A stretch of 64,000 nt of DNA from Nemertoderma westbladi (taxonomy: Eukaryota > Animalia > Xenacoelomorpha), in NCBI GenBank assembly GCA_032718475.1, contig JAUCBJ010008697.1, positions 1-64,000 of the forward strand, given 5' to 3'. Shown here piece by piece: positions 1-11,131 of this stretch. The position numbers were made by a program, and so were the translations under genes. Each line of letters starts with the position of its first letter. Position 1 is the first letter of the stretch. The notes beneath the pieces were generated by a model. That model saw only the letters and a list, made by a program, of their open reading frames with translations, was not told the DNA's origin and did no database searches.

Positions 1-92
1 TCAGTACAGCCAAAATTGTGTGAAAAGTAGTTCAGCGTTATGATATCACCCGAGTGTATTTATATACCGAACGAGCGCGGCGAGGGATTTTT
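1..92. repeat. Dispersed repeat fragment, shared in inverted orientation with ~23045-23135
   Basis: Reverse complement (cgctcgttcggt..ataaatacactcgggtga..acgctgaa..ctactttt..cacacaat) aligns by eye with 23045-23135. Confidence 0.6.
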
Positions 93-351
93 AACCCTAT
101 TTGGCCCGGGAGGGAGAGGGAGGATCATTTTGTAATACATCTAATTCTATCTTTGTAATTATTTTCGTGCTGTAGTCCCTTTCTGGCACTAATTTCCTGT
201 TTTTCTTGCTAAAATTTTTAAAAGTTTTTATAGTTAACTAAAATTATTTAATTTGCGGTATGTAGCGATTTTTTGGATGTTGACCACGATTATAGAACTC
301 AAATATAACATTCGAGAAAATAATCCTCGAGACGATCGGCGGTGGTATCGC

Positions 352-525
352 CACTACTACTACTAGGATCGGCATGCTGCATTGCAGCTGCATTTTTAAG
401 AATGCTGTGCCGGCTTATCGACAAAATTGCACCGCCACAACTCCCTATCACCCATGACATTTGCTAGATCATACGCATCTTCAAGGCCAGTGTCCGTTAA
501 GATGCGTCTCAAGCAAGTCATGGGC
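352..525 (-). mobile_element. 5'-truncated RTE-clade LINE, 3' end with (TAG)n tail
   Basis: Reverse complement matches the 3' end of the RTE copy at ~58100-58270, including the CTACTACTA tail; flanked by GGTATCGC at 344-351 and 526-533 (8-bp TSD). Confidence 0.85.
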
Positions 526-1266
526 GGTATCGCAGAGGTCTGACGACTGTGCTGGTACAACCCCTCTGGTTATTCGTGGATCCCGGGTTGGTGGCCCACT
601 CTTTCAGTAGAGCTCCCTGTAAAGTAGAACAGAGCCAATCGGGAGAATTCATCCCTCTAATATGGGCGAGGAAGAGATTCCTTATAGAGGAGAAAATGAA
701 ATTCTATGAGTTATTCCTATTCATAACCGCGACGTTGAGGCTGTCCTCCAGAACTTCCACATCATGTCCGCAAAAAAGTCTAACCGCAATGATGTAATGG
801 ACCCGTTACTGTCGCAGGTTTGAATCCACTAGTCGAAATTACAAACTATTAAACGCGTAATGAGAATTGCTCGGCCTTCGTCTCCATTCTACTCTGGAGC
901 GTAGCTACAATCTGGATCATTGCCCCTACGCGTAGGTCAATGATCCGGATACACCGAATAGATCTACCTAGGAATGGAGCTTTTATATGGACCAGACCAC
1001 GTGATGTTATACCACGTGATGTACATCAGTTTCTGACATCTGCCTGATCCTCAACCTCGCGCTCTTTCATTTACAACCAACCAATGACCATCGTAATAGG
1101 TGGCAACTCTAACTGCCGGGAATGGAGTGGCACCTGTGTGGTGGGGATCTTTCAGACTCTCTAAAATGCTCTGGGTTTTATTGAACTCAACGAGCCAAAT
1201 TCTCACATATGTTTAATGTTTAATAGTTTAGGGTATAAGAAAGCTAATGGTTATGGAACCCGTACA

Positions 1267-3312
1267 CCATAGAGCAACACGGGCTGCCATAAAGCAACAC
1301 GGGCTGCTATAGAGCAGCATGGACTGCTATATAGCAGCACATGCTATCATAGAGCAGCACGGGCTGACATAGAGAAACTCGGGCTGCCCTAGAGCAACAC
1401 AGGCTGTCATAAAGCAGCACGGGCTGCCATATAGCAGCACGAGCTACGATAGAGCAGCACAAGCTGCCATAGAGCAGCACGGGCTGACATAGAGAAACTC
1501 GGGCTGCCATAAAGCAACACGTCCTGCCATATAGCAGCATGGGCTGCGATGGAGCAGCACGATCTTCCATTTAGCAACACGGGCTGCCATAGAGCAACAG
1601 GGGCTGCCATAGAGCAACACGGCTGCCATAGAGCAACACAGGCTGCGATGGAGCAGTACGGGCTGCCATAGAACAGCATGGGCTGCCATAGAGCAACACG
1701 GGCTGCCATAAAACAACATGGGGTGCCATAGAACAACATGGGCTGCCATAGAACAGCATGGGTTGCCATAGAGCCGCACGGGCTGCCATAGAGCAGCATG
1801 GGCTGCCATAGAGCAGCACGGGGTTACATAGAGCAACACGGGCTGCCATAGAGCAACACGGGCTGCGATGGAGCAGTACGGGCTGCCATAGAACAGCATG
1901 GGCTGCCATAGAGCAACACGGGCCGCCATAAAGCAACACGGGCTGCCATAGAACAACATGGGCTGCCATAGAACAACATGGACTGCCATAGAACAACATG
2001 GGGTGCCATAGAACAGCATGGGCTGCCATAGAGCAGCATGGGCTGCCATAGAGCAGCACGGGGTTCCATAGAGCAACACGGGCTGCCATAGAGCAACACG
2101 GCCTGCCATAAAGCAACACGGGCTGCCATAGAGCAACACGGGCTGCGGTGGAGCAGTACGGGCTGCCATAGAACAGCATCATGGGCTGCCATAGAGCAGC
2201 ACGGGCTGCCATAGAGCAGCACGGGCTGCCATAGAACAGCATGGGCTGCCATAGAACAGCATGGGGTGCCATAGAACAGCATGGGCTGCCACAAAGCAAC
2301 ACGGGCTGCTATAGAGCAACACGGGCTGCGATGGAGCAGTACGGGCTGCCATAGAACAGCATCATGGGCTGCCATAGAGCAACACGGGCTGCCATAGAAC
2401 AACATGGGGTACCATAGAACAACATGGGCTGCCATAGAACAGCATGGGTTGCCATAGAGCCGCACGGGCTGCCATAGAGCAGCATGGGCTGCCATAGAGC
2501 AGCATGGGGTTCCATAGAGCAACACGGGCTGCCATAGAGCAACACGGGCTGCGATGGAGCAGTACGGGCTGCAATAGAACAGCATGGGCTGCCATAGAGC
2601 AACACGGGCCGCCATAAAGCAACACGGGCTGCCATAGAACAACATGGGCTGCCATAGAACAACATGGGCTGCCATAGAACAACATGGGGTGCCATAGAAC
2701 AGCATGGGCTGCCATAGAGCAGCATGGGCTGCTATAGAGCAGCACGGGGTTCCATAGAGCAACACGGGCTGCCATAGAGCAACACGGCCTGCCATAAAGC
2801 AACATGCCATAGAGCAACACGGGCTGCGGTGGAGCAGTACGCGCTGCCATAGAACAGCATCATGGGCTGCCATAGAGCAGCATGGGCTGCCATAGAACAG
2901 CATGGGGTGCCATAGAACAGCATGGGCTGCCACAAAGCAACACGGGCTGCCATAGAACAGCATGGGATGCCATAGAGCAGCACGGGCTTCCATAGAACAT
3001 CATGGGCTGCCATAGAGCAGCACGGGCTGTCATAGAGCAGCACAAGCTGTCATAGAGCAGCACGGGCTGCCATAGAGCAGCACAAGCTGTCATAGAGCAG
3101 CATGGGCTGCCATAGAACAGCATGGGCTGCCATAGAGCAGCACGGGCTGCCATAGAGCAGCACAAGCTGTCATAGAGAAGCATGGGCATGGGCTGCCATA
3201 AAACAGCATGGGCTGCCATAGAGCAGCATGGGCTGCCATAAAACAGCATGGGCTGCCATAGAGCAGCATGGGCTGCCATAGAGCAGAATGGGCTGCCATA
3301 GAGCAGCACGGG
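1267..3312. repeat. 20-bp minisatellite (CCATAGAGCAGCACGGGCTG)n, about 100 degenerate copies
   Basis: Directly visible 20-bp periodicity; the consensus unit has no stop in any minus-strand frame, which produces the many spurious PVLLYGS/PCCSMAA ORFs. Confidence 0.97.
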
Positions 3313-3460
3313 GTCCACCACTGCTACACGGAAAAGGCGTACCTTAGGGAGCATTGGATCACACACAGCTCTTGGTAGAACAAGGTCGTGATTAGGACTT
3401 CTTACTGTAAAAGTATTCACTATCTATCTATCTATGTACAGTATATCGGGTTATAGCCCA

Positions 3461-4692
3461 TGTAAAAGCTTCTGTGGGATATAACTGGCCCCTTTTGCTT
3501 CGCAATCCAGTTTCCCCCCAGGCGCTGGAATACTCTAAAAAGGTTTTCTAACTGTAGATATATTCCCCTCGCCCGCAAGGTACCTTTACAGGTGTTTTAA
3601 CGGACATAAAAATCATTCTGCTATATACGTGTTTTGGCGGACATGGTAAGGCAAAAAACTTGTAATGCACCAACTACCTTTCACAGCTTAGCCGTGATGA
3701 TTCATATTACGACATCTAACAGCTGGTTGCTGACATGGAAACAGCCATTGGATGTATGGTTCTTTGTTTGGCTTGAGCCAATCAGAGCGATTTTTCCTGT
3801 CGACGTGTAGCTTTTAGTCGATCATAAGGAGAGTGTTCAGTCTTACTGCTTTTACTTGATACTTTGTTGTTATTGCTGTCTAAGCCAGAAACACCGGCTT
3901 TTTGGGAAGAACTCTAGTAAACTGCTTAGATTATAGAAAGTATAACTGTTACCGGCGGTGTTACCTCACTTAATTTAACTGCACTAATCATATTGTTTGT
4001 ACTGCTATTTACCGTCAGTTATTAATTGTATCTATTTGTTGATGGAAATATTGCTCTTTGGAGAATACGGATAAATCACCCAAATTCCCAATTTTCTTGA
4101 TACACTACAGGTTAGAGAGGCGGGCTATATATAACAATTGTGATTTATATCAATGTGGTGTGTATTGAATCTAATGTTATTTAGTAGACACTACCTGAGT
4201 CAATTGCTGTGCTCTTTATGTGTGATCAAATATACTGACGGTCGGCAGAATAGTGTGCATGATTGTGAGTGTGATGTGACTGGTAACAAAGCATTTCCTA
4301 AAGAATGCGACTTATACTTTAATCATAAGCCTTATCGTTGCGTTTAGTATAAGTCCTAGCTCTGTTTAAATAGATAGAGCGCCACGTCCTAAAGGAACTG
4401 TTAATATTTCCCGAAAGTTAATAATATCTGTCAGAAATTAATTATTAGTGATCTATCGAATAATACAATAGGTTTACACTGCAACCTTACACTGCAATAA
4501 TAAAATCTAAGCATCCGAATTCAGCCTCCCGGGTGTAGATCCATCGGGTGAATGATCGCGCATGGGCTGGCTTCAGCTAATGTTTTGTTTATTAGCATAA
4601 AATATTGTCGTATGCTAAAGGTGTGTTAATTAACTAAAAGACATATAAATTTTGGCAGGTTAAACTGCTAAAGGTCTTCAAAAGCGCGAACA
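3461..4692 (+). repeat. 5' LTR (1232 bp)
   Basis: Matches 14123-15354 at constant offset 10662; only two differences seen (4141 T/C, 4676 C/A). Contains CCAAT (~3778) and AATAAA (~4499). Confidence 0.97.
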
Positions 4693-5069
4693 GTAACAGT
4701 TATTTAATCTTATTGCAGTAGGCAATAAGGTTGCAAGTGTAGGCATTAAGTACAGTTTAACTGTTCTGTCGAACAGTAACAGTTTATAATCTTATTGCAG
4801 TAGGCAATAAGGTTGCAAAATACCGTAGTGACTGGTAAAACTGAACCGGTACTTTGTAGGTCAGTAGGCCTAACTGTCATCACCGGTACCGGTACTGCTG
4901 TACAAGTACATTAGTATTATTCGATTTTGATTATTGTATACCGGTAGGTCTCGATATTAAATCGGGGACGCCTGGTTTTTATTGGGATTTTACTTAGGTC
5001 TATTTCTGTCAGTTTTATTTACTAGTAGGCTAATATTTGAGCAGAAGGCGTGTGACCCTGCTCAGATTG

Positions 5070-5650
5070 TTCAGATAATTGTAGGCTGGGCTGCTGTCTG
5101 ACTGTTGTTGAGTTTGGAGAGATTACGGCGTGTGTAGAGTTTGTCTGATAAAGTGCCGTTAGTAAGTTGGGGCAGCCATATGCTGAAGGTCAATCCCCTC
5201 TTAAAGAATAAGTCGTACTACCGTGTTAGAACGCATACTAACTAACAGTTTCAGAGTCTGCATATACTGTAGTTTATTTAGGCTTGATCGTAGTCTGCCA
5301 GTGTTTTAGCCTGTGTTTGTTTGTGTGGTCTGTTCAGGTACCGTAATAGTTATTACTCAGATATTTTGTAGGCTGGATTGTTGTCTAGCTATTATTAGGT
5401 CTGAAGAGATTGCTGCGTGTGTAGAGTTTGTCTGATAAAGCTCCGTTAGTAAGTTGGGGCAGCCATAGCGGTAAGGTCAATCCCCTCTTGAAGAATAAGT
5501 CGTACTACCGTGTTAGAACGCATACTAACTAACTATTTCAGAATCTACACGTACGGTAGTTTATTTAGGCTTGGTGGTAGTCTGCCAGCGTTTGGTTTGT
5601 ATTTGTTTGAGTATTCTGTACGGGTAGCGTAATATTTATTATTCAGAGTT
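5070..5650 (+). repeat. Diverged tandem duplication (period ~287 bp) in the element's 5' leader
   Basis: tgtgtagagtttgtctgataaag at 5131 and 5418; ccgtgttagaacgcatactaactaac at 5221 and 5508. Confidence 0.85.
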
Positions 5651-6964
5651 TATGCGATTATTCGCAACATTCATGTCCCCAAGTTTATTCCTACAGTAAT
5701 TGTGCTTGTTATACATACCGTTATAGTTAAACTAACCCCGGTACTACATCAGGGCTGCTTGGCGTAGGTAAAGACTGACGACTTTGTGCTTCGGTCACTC
5801 CAGCAGATGCCGCGGTTCTTTTAACTGTTCAAGTATATTTAACTACTGATTATTTGTTATACCGGTACTTGTACCTAATTTAGGGTTTAGTGTACAGTGC
5901 TTTCCGAAGTAATTAGTGTAGGCAGTATATTTGTGTTGTAAAGTGGTTGATAGGCACATTCGTTAGCTCTATTAGCTTCTGGGTAGGAACAATCCGTGAT
6001 ACATAACGTAGTACCTATAGCGATACGGTTATAGGTCGTCAGGCGGTGGTATTTTCCTATCTGGACAGTACAATATATTTACTACTACTTATTATTTCAA
6101 ATACCGTAGTACCCTGTCCGTTGTAATACAGTAATAACCAGAATTCTAACCCTTTGTTAGGCTGGTTTGTAGACTTCCTGTAAAATTACCCTAAAAATTT
6201 CGTACGTAATATTTTGTTGTGTTTAATTAGAGAATTAATCTCACCCATATCGTAAGTAATTTGTAGTATTAAGTAACTTAGGTAAATTAGAATTATCAGT
6301 TTTAGTGTCAAATAAATAGCACTTCACTGAGAGGCGTTCAGCTTCTGTGTAGTGACTCCCCCAGAAATAATAACATTTATTTCAAATATTGACAAAAACC
6401 CATATAACGGGTATATATATATTATAAATCAACTCAAACGATTTATAAATAGTAGGCCTGCCATACAACAACTAGGTCTCAAAATCAGTTGGACTACTGC
6501 TTAAATAACGGTAACAAAGTAAGTTAAAGTAACCAAGTAACCCTAAAATATTCAGAAATTCAATTATTCTAAAATAATTGACATACCGGTATTTACCATA
6601 GGCTTATTATATTTATTTCTATAAATTTGTGCTGAAATCATACCGGTACTCTGTAATTAATTATAGTCCAGAATTATACTTATATACTATAAGTGTAGGC
6701 TGTATACCGGTATTCACGATAGGCCTATTATATATTTATATATATTTGTGCTAAAATTATATACCGGTACTCTGTGACAAATCTAGTCTGTAATAATACT
6801 TATATATATATTATAAGCATACCGGTATTCTAATATATTATATATATATCACGCTACACTGAGTAGCAGCATCGGTAATTAATTATTAGGCTAACAGTGA
6901 TACTGAATTACTAGACTTGCTTTAACTGTAATATAGCAGTAGGCATTCGACTGTACAATCAAAC

Positions 6965-9900
6965 ATGGCTGACACAAGGCAAACTCTGTCAGATAGTCTC
7001 CTAGAAACAACAGCCTGTTTCTCAGATCAAAGTGTAGAGAATCCCAGACCGAGGTCTGAAACCCCTCATACTGTAAGAAGGGCAACCCCTGCAGTGGTTG
7101 TGTCAGAACCTAGGTTGGTAGAAAAGATTTCGCAATTTGCGAAGTTAGTGAAGCGCCGTTGGTCTGCCATAGGCACTCGGGCCCAAGTCAAGCGGGATCA
7201 AGAAGAAGCTATAAAACAGCAGCAACCTCCTAGCCAAGAACCTAGTTCTCAGCGGCCCGATAGCTCCAGTAGTTCGGATACTGTTGAGCGGACGCCCGAA
7301 CGCAGAGCGGAGATGGCGGATATGGTTTATGATGAGCGGCCAACCTATGAAGAATCAACCGACGCCACTTCTTCTCAAGTAGAAAGCGAGGTGGAAAGCG
7401 AAGTGGAAAGCGAATTAACAGCAGCAGAGAAGCCGCGAACTAGAGACGCCATTGACATATATCTGTCAGACTATCAGCGATTCATAGGAGACGAAGAGTT
7501 GAGGAGACGACTGTCTGGACTTCGCCCTAATAGTGAAGGAACCAAGCTTGTGTTGGACGCAATCGATGCGGAAATGTTAGCTGCAGAACAAGCTAAATGT
7601 GATGAAAAACTCCGCCTCATTAGAGTTCGAGAAGAACAAGTAAAGAAAGAACTGATAGAGAGAAGAAAGGTAGCAGCAGCAGCGGCGGCGGAAGCAGAAG
7701 CAGAAAGAAAAGAAGCAGAAGCCGAAAGAAAGGCAAAAGCGGCAGAAGCAGAAGCCGAAAGAAAGGCAAAAGCGGCAGAAGCAGAAGAAGAAAGAAAAGC
7801 GGCGGAAGCCGAAAGAAAGGCAACAGTGGCAGAAGCAGAACGGAGAGCGTCTGAGGCGACTATCCAATTGGAGTTGGAAAGGCTGCAAGAGACGCAAGAC
7901 AGTATAAATAAACAGTCTACTGCTAATCAAATGCAGATGATGAGAAAATCTACTCCCAAGCGTCAAGGATACACATCCTCGGAGGAAGGCGATACTACCG
8001 ATCCTGAAGGCGGAGGAAATAAATCTCATTTGAGTAGGCGTAGAAAAACATATTACCATCGCAAATTGCCTGATTTGCCCCCAGCTGTTAAAAGACAGCT
8101 AACTAGCACAGATTTAGGTAGTGCAGAACCCATAGAACAATTTATCCAGGTCAAAAGACTCCCTACTATAGTCGATGAACCTGAAATAATTAGGCCTGTA
8201 GTTCCCAAAGTCACTTCTGTGCTAGAGACGCCTGCATTTCCAGAGCTTAACTCTAAATTCCCTTTACATAGCACTACACTGCCTGTACCCGGTGGAACAG
8301 TTCATGCAAATACCCCTGTCCAGATAGCAGAGAGAGAAATCAATAATTTGTCTCCCGTCGTCCCGCGTCAGCCCGCTACTATGTTGGCGACTCCCGCTTC
8401 GGCGGTTGAGTGGGTGGAAGAGGGACGGCGGGGGATGAATCTTCTGCTAGGACAGATGCAGGAGACTGTCCACCAACTTAAGGGAACAGTGAGGGAAGGT
8501 AGAGCAGAGTTGCAAGAAGTGCAGCAAAGTATCGCGCTAGAACGCGACAAATTAGTCAATATACAAAAAGGCATACCAATACCTCCTGTAACACTGTGTC
8601 AACCCGTTAGGTCTGAAGTATTACATGCGCAAGGTGTGGAGCCTACACGCATCTATACTGCTAGTGAAGTTGAAACTCCTATAGCAAACCCTATTAAGGG
8701 TGATTATAGACCTGTTATTAATGATATTCCCTATAGACCTGATAATGATCCGAGAAATTTATATACAGATAATTCGATATTAAATAACACGATGGTCCAA
8801 GAAAGCTTTACGCGTCAGATGGCTAGAACAGAAGCCCGCCAAGCGGTCAAAGTGGGAGAGATCGTCAAATTCAATGGAGATGAGATGAAATGGTTACCTT
8901 TCAACGAATATTACAAAGATAGCATACAGAACTCTGTACTATCTAACGGAGAGAAACTTAGATTCCTCATCAAGTGCTTGGAAGGACCTCCCAAGTTAAT
9001 GGCGTTAAAGTTTATTGGACATCCAGATGGATTGAGACAAGTTTGGGATACACTAAACATCAGGTATGGTAACAAGGATAACATAGCTAAGTATTTGTAT
9101 GCAAAATTAGTAGCCCCCCGACACTTCCTTAGTAGCGAGATTATAGAGTTTTCCGATGAAATTCAAGAGATCTGTAGACAACTGGACTGGTTAGGTAAGT
9201 CGCATGAATATCAGAGTTCCATGGTTATTGGAGCCGTAGTCTCTACTTTACCAAAGGGTGGAGTATGTACACGCTGGGACAAGAAAGTGTTGTACATGAA
9301 TGAACAACAACGACGAAGTCCTACCATGGCTGATCTCATGTCTTTCTTAGATAGTGAAGTAAAATTACAACTCATAAGGCAGGCCAGAGAGAAAACATCG
9401 GAAAATAAGGTAAGTGAGAAACCCCTTTCTAGGAGAAGGATAATACCAGTGTGTTATACTGACGACGGCGAAAGCCAAGCTTCTCAAGAAGAGGACAGCG
9501 GGAAAGACACCGAACGATCTTACTATGACAACAAGACCTATAAAGACGTAAGTAAATACAAGTCTCGAACCAGTGACAGGAGAGAACAGGTAACAACAAC
9601 TCCTCCTACGTCTCCTAAGAGAATTCACGGAAGAAAGCCCGAAGAAAGAACGAGAGTGCATAACGTTAACCAAGTTAAGGTGAGTAACATCAAACCAAAA
9701 TGTGCGCTGTGCGACGGGCCCCACCGTTTGAGTGCGTGTGCAGAATTCCTAAAGAAATCCATGGCAGATAGACGTGGAGTCCTGTGGGATAAGCGGTTAT
9801 GTTATAACTGTCTCAGACGCGGACACCAGCGGCGAACCTGTTACTCTGACGCAAGGTGTGCTAAGTGTGGCGCGAAACATCACATTTTGTTACACAGTGA

Positions 9901-11131
9901 GTTCGAACGAGACAACCCGAGTCAGGTAAGTGAGCCCGAACTACATGTCCAATTCAGTGATGTGAACGACACTGACCAAGGTTCTGAGTGGGAAGGATTC
10001 TATACAGACGAATTCTCCGATGCCAACGAATCCTGTTATCTAATAAATACCACAGTGTATCGAGCACTTACGGATGAAAAGGACACTGACGAGTTTACTC
10101 CAACTCCTTTTGACAAACAACCATCTTGGAAAGTTCCAACTTCCAACATAGGAATAAGAGAATTTCCTGTAGTGCAAGTTCGAGTTCATGGTCTCAACAA
10201 GAGTTACATAGTGAACGCCCTACTTGACTCCGGCAGCACAGGAACATTCATCGATCAAGAACTAGCCGAAGATATCTTTGCTGGACAACCCAAGTTCCGG
10301 ACTAAATTGAATATGTCAGGAATTATGCAGGTTTGGAAATCTGCCCTAACGGCAGATTACTATGTAGGTGTGTTGTCCACCCCCCAGGATAAGTTAGGAA
10401 CACAAGGTATAAGGTCAGTAAAAATGGTGGCTATAAAGAACTTTGCTACTACTCAAGCAGACCTTTATAATTGGGATGAAGATGAGAGCATCCAACATCT
10501 TAAGATACCTCGATTCCAGACAGATTATCCTGGAGTGCAAATACTTATCGGCCAAAACGCGCACGAGGCGCTCGAGACATTGGAAAAACGACCTGCTCAA
10601 CCGCAGCCACTACAAACCTATGCGGTAAGAACTAGAGTAGGTTGGTACTTTACTGGTCCTTCCCGCAGAACTCTCGAAGAGAGACTACCATCAGAAAGAC
10701 TATACCAGATAAATGGTTTGGAAGTGGAGAGCAGTGAAGTGGACGAACTAACTGAGGGAACACCATACTCCTCAGATAATGACGATATTAACTCCAATGA
10801 AGATCAATGGAGACATCGCCCCGAGATGATTAATCTAGCCGACATCGCTTCCAGAGGAGCGACTCCTCAAGAACGGATAGATACTCCCGGCTGGTTAGGT
10901 GGACCCGACTCCCTAAGTAAAGAAGAAGATGAATGGCCTCCTCATCTTACCACGGCGGAGAGTAGACAGGCCAAGGGAGCGGAGAAAGTAACACGACAAC
11001 CCAATCACCCAGCTGGTCGTTTATGTTTACTGGAAAGAGACCAAAAACTGTCCGGAAACTATGGAAGGCAAGATACTCTTCCTACAACCACTTCCCTAAT
11101 CCGACAAATATCTAGGGACTCCATAACGTAA
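6965..11131 (+). CDS. BEL/Pao Gag-protease polyprotein (1388 aa) with RT and integrase deleted
   Basis: DUF1759-like FNGDEMKWLPF..LSNGEKLRFLIKCLEG; BEL-type triple zinc knuckle CALCDGPH..CYNCLRRGH..CAKCGAKHHILLH; aspartic protease ALLDSGS, ILIG, TRVGW; then only the RNase H tail QWRH..NLADIASRG..WLGGP..EWP and a pol-terminal-like HPAGRLCLLE. Confidence 0.9.
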   Translation: MADTRQTLSDSLLETTACFSDQSVENPRPRSETPHTVRRATPAVVVSEPRLVEKISQFAKLVKRRWSAIGTRAQVKRDQEEAIKQQQPPSQEPSSQRPDSSSSSDTVERTPERRAEMADMVYDERPTYEESTDATSSQVESEVESEVESELTAAEKPRTRDAIDIYLSDYQRFIGDEELRRRLSGLRPNSEGTKLVLDAIDAEMLAAEQAKCDEKLRLIRVREEQVKKELIERRKVAAAAAAEAEAERKEAEAERKAKAAEAEAERKAKAAEAEEERKAAEAERKATVAEAERRASEATIQLELERLQETQDSINKQSTANQMQMMRKSTPKRQGYTSSEEGDTTDPEGGGNKSHLSRRRKTYYHRKLPDLPPAVKRQLTSTDLGSAEPIEQFIQVKRLPTIVDEPEIIRPVVPKVTSVLETPAFPELNSKFPLHSTTLPVPGGTVHANTPVQIAEREINNLSPVVPRQPATMLATPASAVEWVEEGRRGMNLLLGQMQETVHQLKGTVREGRAELQEVQQSIALERDKLVNIQKGIPIPPVTLCQPVRSEVLHAQGVEPTRIYTASEVETPIANPIKGDYRPVINDIPYRPDNDPRNLYTDNSILNNTMVQESFTRQMARTEARQAVKVGEIVKFNGDEMKWLPFNEYYKDSIQNSVLSNGEKLRFLIKCLEGPPKLMALKFIGHPDGLRQVWDTLNIRYGNKDNIAKYLYAKLVAPRHFLSSEIIEFSDEIQEICRQLDWLGKSHEYQSSMVIGAVVSTLPKGGVCTRWDKKVLYMNEQQRRSPTMADLMSFLDSEVKLQLIRQAREKTSENKVSEKPLSRRRIIPVCYTDDGESQASQEEDSGKDTERSYYDNKTYKDVSKYKSRTSDRREQVTTTPPTSPKRIHGRKPEERTRVHNVNQVKVSNIKPKCALCDGPHRLSACAEFLKKSMADRRGVLWDKRLCYNCLRRGHQRRTCYSDARCAKCGAKHHILLHSEFERDNPSQVSEPELHVQFSDVNDTDQGSEWEGFYTDEFSDANESCYLINTTVYRALTDEKDTDEFTPTPFDKQPSWKVPTSNIGIREFPVVQVRVHGLNKSYIVNALLDSGSTGTFIDQELAEDIFAGQPKFRTKLNMSGIMQVWKSALTADYYVGVLSTPQDKLGTQGIRSVKMVAIKNFATTQADLYNWDEDESIQHLKIPRFQTDYPGVQILIGQNAHEALETLEKRPAQPQPLQTYAVRTRVGWYFTGPSRRTLEERLPSERLYQINGLEVESSEVDELTEGTPYSSDNDDINSNEDQWRHRPEMINLADIASRGATPQERIDTPGWLGGPDSLSKEEDEWPPHLTTAESRQAKGAEKVTRQPNHPAGRLCLLERDQKLSGNYGRQDTLPTTTSLIRQISRDSIT

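Noticed and set aside
1307-3420. Overlapping Cys-rich minus-strand ORFs up to 389 aa
   Set aside because: Artefacts of a 20-bp repeat with no stop in any minus frame; the same peptides appear in all three frames.
4153-4347. 64-aa ORF duplicated at 14800-15009
   Set aside because: Inside the LTRs, so the duplication is expected; no recognisable motif.
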